Positions 58,994 to 64,000 of a stretch of DNA of 64,000 bases are shown here, in pieces; position 1 is the stretch's first letter, and the number at the start of each line of letters is the position of its first letter. This DNA is from Desulfomonilia bacterium (GTDB lineage Bacteria; Desulfobacterota; Desulfomonilia; UBA1062), in assembly GCA_963664325.2 (NCBI GenBank), contig CAXXDQ010000003.1, positions 672,001 through 736,000 of the forward strand. The letters run 5' to 3'. The notes under the pieces are model-generated. The model made no database searches and was not told the DNA's origin. It saw only the letters and a list, made by a program, of their open reading frames with translations. The position numbers were made by a program, and so were the translations under genes.

Positions 58994-59380
58994 TTATTTA
59001 TGTGGTTTGGTCCTCTTCCTGGCAAAAAAACCGACCGAAAGCATGCCGAGACCGACAAGTACCATTGATGCAGGCTCAGGAACAGGCGCTGGAGAATCAT
59101 GGCGGCCTGTGTGTGATGAACAGTCAAAATTATAATCTCCACCTAGAGATGCCAGCGTAACTGTCAGAATTCCGTTTTGGAAGCTGACATTGTAATTATA
59201 TGTCCCTGTACCAATTTCTCCGACAGCCCATTCATCTGTATTTGTCCAGACATCAACACAACTTTGGCCGTCAGAATAGCCGTTGAAGGTGTATACATTA
59301 TTTAATGATATCGGGGCTGCAAGAGAAGTTCCTGCAAAGAGAAAGATAAATAATGCTGAGATTATCAGAAGTTTCCTCAT
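58994..59380 (-). CDS. PEP-CTERM sorting-domain protein
   Basis: Signal peptide; VPEPASMVLVGLGML + basic tail RKRTK. Confidence 0.92.
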   Translation of the reverse strand: MRKLLIISALFIFLFAGTSLAAPISLNNVYTFNGYSDGQSCVDVWTNTDEWAVGEIGTGTYNYNVSFQNGILTVTLASLGGDYNFDCSSHTGRHDSPAPVPEPASMVLVGLGMLSVGFFARKRTKPHK

Positions 59381-59512
59381 ATTGTATCCTCCGTCAAAAT
59401 TTAAAGTGCTTTAAATCCCTCATCTAAATTTGTAATAATTCATAATATCAGACTATTAAATATAATTTGTTCATGCGCATTGTCAATAATTAAAATAACT
59501 TTTTGACAGTGT

Positions 59513-60526
59513 TTAACATATTCTCGGAACAAGCTCTCCTGTTGGCAGGTCTATTTCACGGAAGCCGCCGATAGCTGTTTTAAGAATGAGTTTCCCCCGG
59601 CCAGATGATTCGGCAACATTGCCGACTAAAACCGCATCCCTGCCGAATTGATTTGCTCTCATGATTTCAAGGATCATTCCGGCTGATTGTTCCGGACAGA
59701 ATACGGCGAATTTACCTTCATTCGCAAGATAGAGCACATCCAGACCGAGAATTTCACAGGCGCCCCTGACCTGTTCTTTAACAGGGAGCAGGGCTTCGTC
59801 AATTGTTATTGCAAGTCCTGACTGCTTGGCAATCTCGGCCAGAATGGCGCCCAGGCCGCCGCGTGTTGCGTCGCGCATGCAATGAACATCGGGGCATACA
59901 TTAAGTATTTCTTCGACAATGCCATTCAGCGGCGCAGAATCAGATAGGGTGCCTTCTTCAATACCCATTCCTTCACGTACGCTAAGTATTGCCGTTCCAT
60001 GATCGCCTATGGTGCCGTTTATGATAATACAATCTCCCGGCCTTATGCTGCTGACCCCGATCGGATTTTTATATGTGATTATTCCGATACCGGAAGTATT
60101 GATGAATATGCCGTCTGCAGCGCCTTTAGCAACAACCTTGGTATCACCGGTTACGATCTTAACTCCGGCCACCTCAGCAGCTTCGGCCATTGAGGAAATT
60201 ATTTTTTCCAGTTGATCCATCGGGAAGCCTTCTTCGATTATGAATCCTGTGCTAAGAAACAGCGGTTTTCCTCCGCACATTGCAATGTCGTTCACTGTTC
60301 CATGCACTGCCAGTGAGCCTATATTGCCTCCGGGAAAGAATATTGGCTGAACAACATACGAATCTGTGGAAAAGCAGAGTTTTGTTTTCATTATATCGAA
60401 AACCGCCCCGTCCTCCAGCCTTTCAAGGTAAACATTTCGGAACAGGGGGAGAAATCCTTCGCTTATAAGCTCATTGGATAAAAGACCGCCGCCGCCATGT
60501 TCCAGAAGTATTTTCTCATATTTCAT
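59513..60526 (-). CDS. hypE: hydrogenase maturation protein HypE
   Basis: HGGGG, TDSYVV.P.FFPGG.IG.LAV.GT.ND, RDATRGG, C-terminal PRIC. Confidence 0.97.
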   Translation of the reverse strand: MKYEKILLEHGGGGLLSNELISEGFLPLFRNVYLERLEDGAVFDIMKTKLCFSTDSYVVQPIFFPGGNIGSLAVHGTVNDIAMCGGKPLFLSTGFIIEEGFPMDQLEKIISSMAEAAEVAGVKIVTGDTKVVAKGAADGIFINTSGIGIITYKNPIGVSSIRPGDCIIINGTIGDHGTAILSVREGMGIEEGTLSDSAPLNGIVEEILNVCPDVHCMRDATRGGLGAILAEIAKQSGLAITIDEALLPVKEQVRGACEILGLDVLYLANEGKFAVFCPEQSAGMILEIMRANQFGRDAVLVGNVAESSGRGKLILKTAIGGFREIDLPTGELVPRIC

Positions 60527-60537
60527 TGTTATAACCT

Positions 60538-62841
60538 CTAACTCTTGATTAATTCCCTTTCAGCAGCATAAACCGCCTGTCCAAGCGCAATTCCACCGTC
60601 ATTAGTCGGGACAAGCCTGTGATGGCATACATCAAAACCGTTTTTCCTTAAATTATTTATAACACCTTCAAGTAATAATTTATTCTGAAAACATCCTCCG
60701 CTCAAGACTGTCCTGTTTAGACCATGTTCATCTCTTATTCTGACTGCGATTTCGGATACGGCATCTGCAAGTGCCAGATGGAAACCCATGCCAATGTCTG
60801 CTGCACTGACACCGGAAATAACGTCCTCAACTATTTTCCTGATAAGCTTTCTTATGTCAAATATGAAACCGTTATCATTCTTGACAATTTCATACCCATA
60901 AGGTTTTCCTTTGCCACCATTGGATACGGCCTCCAGCTCCATTGCCGCCTGGCCTTCGAAACTGACAGTCCTTCTTATGCCGGCAAGCGCTGAGACACCG
61001 TCAAAAAGCCTTCCCATGCTGGATGTAACAGGGCTGTTTATCCCTGTTGACATTATCTTATCAAGAACTCCTGCATTAATACCCTGTTGAACAAGTTTCA
61101 ATTTTTCAGAATAACCAATCCAGTCATCTCCGAAAGACTCTTTTAATAAACTTGCCGCAACCCTCCAGGGTTCATTAATCGCCTTTTCACCACCGGGCAG
61201 AACAAATGTTCCCAAATGACCGGCACGTAAAAAATCTTGTTCATCGGCAATAAGAAATTCTCCGCCCCAGACCGTGCCGTCTGTTCCATAACCTGTGCCG
61301 TCAAGGGCAATCCCGAGTACTTTACCTGATATGCTGTTTTCCGCCATGCAGCTGACAATATGCGCATGATGGTGCTGAATCCTGTAAACCGGCCTGTTCA
61401 TTGATTCGGCAATCTTTGTTGAGTAATATGCCGGGTGCATATCACAGGCAACAACATCGGGCCTGCATTCTGTCATCTCCTGCATTAGCTTGAGGTTTTC
61501 ATGATAAAAATCCCTTGCCTGAGGGGTTTCCATATCCCCAATATGAGGGCTTAGGTAGGCGGCATTGCCCTTAAGAACACAAATGGTTGATTTCATCTGA
61601 GGTCCCATTCCAAGAACTTTGGGATAGTCTTTTTTAAGCAGCACGGGCCTTGGCGCATAGCCCCTAGAGCGTCGCATAATGCGGGGAGAACCGGCTGCCA
61701 TGAATGAAATAGAGTCATCGCAGCGCACAAGTATATCGCGGTTGTGAACGAGAAAGTAATCGGCTATCCCTTTCAGACGTTCAAGAGCCTCCCTGTTTCC
61801 AGTACAGATTGGCTCATCTGTCTGGTTAGCGCTGGTCATAACCAGCGCCTCAAAACCTTCTTCGAATAGAAGGTAATGAAGCGGTGCATAAGGAAGCATG
61901 ACACCGAGGCGTGAAAGGCCTGGCGCAACCAGTGAAGAGAGGCCGGATGGTTTTTTCTCAAGAAGCACGATCGGTCTCTGATGAGACTTGAGCAGCAATT
62001 CTTCTTCACCGTTTATGTCTGCATAAATTCCGGCCAAGTCGATGTTCTTCACCATTATTGCAAGAGGCTTTTCCTCACGGTATTTGCGGCCCCTGAGCCT
62101 TGCAACTGCATCATCGTTCTTTGCATCAACGCACAGATGGAATCCGCCTATGCCCTTAACGGCTATTATCTGGCCCGCTTTCAACAGCTCGGCGGTTTTA
62201 CTGACAGGGTCCCCTTTTATTTCAGTACCGTCCGGCTGAAGCAGCTTTAGCCTGGGCCCGCAGACTTTGCATGCATTCGGTTCCGCATGGAATCTCCGGT
62301 TCATCGGGTCTTCGTATTCAGCCCTGCAATCGGGACAAAGCTCAAAACACGACATTGAAGTGTTTTTTCTGTCATATGGTATGTCCCTGATGATTGTAAG
62401 CCTCGGCCCGCAATCTGTGCAGTTGATAAACGGGTAGTGGAACCTTCTGTCATCTGTGTCAAAGAGTTCCTTGAGGCATTCCCTGCATGTGGCAATATCA
62501 GGAGTGATATGCACATTCGTTTCGCCTGAGGCATCGCTGGCTATAATCGTGAAATATTCTCCGCCGGCGGGAGTTATTTCAGTTTCTTCAAGAGAAGTTA
62601 TATCCGCAAGAGGCGGAAGCTCATGCCTTATTGAATCAAGGAAAGAAACAATTGAGGTATGGTCCCCTTCGACTTCGGCGATTACACCGTCGGTCCGGTT
62701 CTGCACATAACCGGTAAGGCTGTTACGGACGGCAAGCCTGTAAATGAACGGCCTGAATCCCACTCCCTGAACAATTCCTGAAAAATGGAATCTGACCCTT
62801 CTGATTTTATGTATTTTTCCTGTATGACTCAATCTGCTCAC
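60538..62841 (-). CDS. hypF: carbamoyltransferase HypF
   Basis: GIVQGVGFRPF, Zn fingers, KGIGGFHL, QHHHAH, DGTGYG, PTNDGGIALGQ. Confidence 0.97.
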   Translation of the reverse strand: MSRLSHTGKIHKIRRVRFHFSGIVQGVGFRPFIYRLAVRNSLTGYVQNRTDGVIAEVEGDHTSIVSFLDSIRHELPPLADITSLEETEITPAGGEYFTIIASDASGETNVHITPDIATCRECLKELFDTDDRRFHYPFINCTDCGPRLTIIRDIPYDRKNTSMSCFELCPDCRAEYEDPMNRRFHAEPNACKVCGPRLKLLQPDGTEIKGDPVSKTAELLKAGQIIAVKGIGGFHLCVDAKNDDAVARLRGRKYREEKPLAIMVKNIDLAGIYADINGEEELLLKSHQRPIVLLEKKPSGLSSLVAPGLSRLGVMLPYAPLHYLLFEEGFEALVMTSANQTDEPICTGNREALERLKGIADYFLVHNRDILVRCDDSISFMAAGSPRIMRRSRGYAPRPVLLKKDYPKVLGMGPQMKSTICVLKGNAAYLSPHIGDMETPQARDFYHENLKLMQEMTECRPDVVACDMHPAYYSTKIAESMNRPVYRIQHHHAHIVSCMAENSISGKVLGIALDGTGYGTDGTVWGGEFLIADEQDFLRAGHLGTFVLPGGEKAINEPWRVAASLLKESFGDDWIGYSEKLKLVQQGINAGVLDKIMSTGINSPVTSSMGRLFDGVSALAGIRRTVSFEGQAAMELEAVSNGGKGKPYGYEIVKNDNGFIFDIRKLIRKIVEDVISGVSAADIGMGFHLALADAVSEIAVRIRDEHGLNRTVLSGGCFQNKLLLEGVINNLRKNGFDVCHHRLVPTNDGGIALGQAVYAAERELIKS

Positions 62842-63469
62842 TCAGCCAGGCAAACCATGCCTGCAGGCCATCTCCTGTTTTACACGAGACTTCGAAGATC
62901 ACAAGGTCCTGGTTCAAACCCAGGGCATCCCGTTTTGCCTTTTCGAGATCGAAGCTGACATAGGGCATGAGATCCATTTTATTGATTATCAGTACTCTGG
63001 ATTCCTTAAACATAAGGGGGTACTTTGCAGGTTTGTCCGCTCCCTCCGGAGTGCTCAGAACCATTGCCTTGAAATTTTCTCCGACCTTGAATTCCGCAGG
63101 GCATACCAGGTTGCCGACGTTTTCCACGATCAGAAGGTCTATCTTGTCAAAGTTAAGGCCCGGGAATGCATCCCTTATCATGTTTCCGTCCAGATGGCAG
63201 GCACTGCCAGTATTTATCTGTACCGCCGGAATGCCAAGCGCGGCAACCCTGTCTGCATCGTACGTATCCTGAATATCGCCTTCTATGACAGCAATTCTAT
63301 ATTTATCCCTGAGTGCCAGAATTGTTTTTTCAACAAGGCTTGTCTTGCCCGCACCGGGGCCGCTCATGAGGTTGATAACGAATATCTTCTTTCCATCGAA
63401 CATTGTCCTGTTTTCCAGGGCGATTCGTTCATTGGCATCGAGGACGTTTCTTACTACCGATACTTTCAT
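62807..63469 (-). CDS. hypB: hydrogenase nickel incorporation GTPase HypB
   Basis: GPGAGKT, CHLDG, ENVGNLVCPAEF, DKPAKYP. Confidence 0.97.
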   Translation of the reverse strand: MKVSVVRNVLDANERIALENRTMFDGKKIFVINLMSGPGAGKTSLVEKTILALRDKYRIAVIEGDIQDTYDADRVAALGIPAVQINTGSACHLDGNMIRDAFPGLNFDKIDLLIVENVGNLVCPAEFKVGENFKAMVLSTPEGADKPAKYPLMFKESRVLIINKMDLMPYVSFDLEKAKRDALGLNQDLVIFEVSCKTGDGLQAWFAWLSEQIESYRKNT

Positions 63470-63593
63470 TCTATTCCTCCAGTTATCTTTTTAAAAACCA
63501 GCTTTTAAACTGTTAAGTAAAACAGTGACTATATTTCTAGACCTTGGTCGGTATTGCCTTTCAGCTCATCAGCCTTACAATCTATCATCTGTT

Positions 63594-64000
63594 TTACCTG
63601 TACTTATAATAAGAGGCGCACGTTCCTTCTGCAGATACCATGCAGGGCCCAACAGGATTGACCGGCGTACATGCCTTGCCGAATAAAGGGCATTCAAGGG
63701 GTGTTTTTATCCCTTTCAGCATGTCTCCGCATGCGCAGCCTTTGACCTCCAGTGATTTGATTCGAGGTATATCGAAGCGTCTTAGCGTGTCAAATGAGCG
63801 GAAATCATCCCTGATAAAAAGTCCGCTTGCCGCAATATTTCCAAGCCCCCGCCATTCTGAATCGCCGATTTCAAAGACGGTATCAATGGCTTCCCTCGCT
63901 TTAGGATTGCCTTCCCAAACCACACCCCTTTTATATTGTATCGCCACATCCGGCCTGTTTTCCGCAATCTGTTCAAGGATCAGTAAAACGCCTTCAAGGA
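63594..64000 (-). CDS. hypD: hydrogenase maturation protein HypD (3' part; runs off the window)
   Basis: WRGLG, CACGDMLKG..P.ECPLFG..CTP.NPVGPCMVS.EG.C. Confidence 0.95.
   Translation of the reverse strand, partial: LEGVLLILEQIAENRPDVAIQYKRGVVWEGNPKAREAIDTVFEIGDSEWRGLGNIAASGLFIRDDFRSFDTLRRFDIPRIKSLEVKGCACGDMLKGIKTPLECPLFGKACTPVNPVGPCMVSAEGTCASYYKYR

Noticed and set aside
38536-63508. Many antisense and overlapping ORFs in the track
   Set aside because: Shadows of well-supported housekeeping genes

Overview
The window has two parts. (1) 732-32486 is a ~31.7-kb island integrated in the 3' end of tRNA-Leu(TAA). The intact tRNA is at 32428-32512 (-) and an exact 59-bp copy of its 3' part is at 732-790. 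The island core resembles a phage satellite (PICI-like): tyrosine integrase, Xis/AlpA-like HTH, NrS-1-type primase-polymerase fused to DUF3987, iteron-like repeats, PC4-like ssDNA-binding protein, small-terminase-like gene and a dif-like site. I recognise no capsid, portal or TerL gene. Its cargo is (a) six modular surface lipoproteins, two with FGE/CLec domains and one with a DGR-variable-region-like 3' end; (b) an integrase-less integron cassette array with four attC sites, carrying a doubly frameshifted NACHT-restriction-endonuclease fusion, a membrane protein, a DUF4145 protein and a two-gene membrane radical-SAM + sugar-nucleotidyltransferase cassette; (c) further defence-like genes: a DUF2971 protein, a trypsin-like protease fused to an S1/P1-nuclease/PLC domain, and a fifth attC with one more cassette. 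(2) 32513-64000 is ordinary chromosome of a Gram-negative anaerobe, probably Desulfobacterota (inference): CsgG/delta-60/beta-barrel operon, ftsY-hldA-yicC-remA-gmk-pyrF-tonB, two FadL-like porins, rsmD-coaD-aminotransferase, glycerate kinase, maf-glpK-mlaE, a PEP-CTERM protein and hypD-hypB-hypF-hypE. The best candidates for undescribed systems are the radical-SAM/nucleotidyltransferase cassette and the protease-nuclease fusion, which looks like a zymogen. All family calls come from motif recognition by eye; no database search was run.
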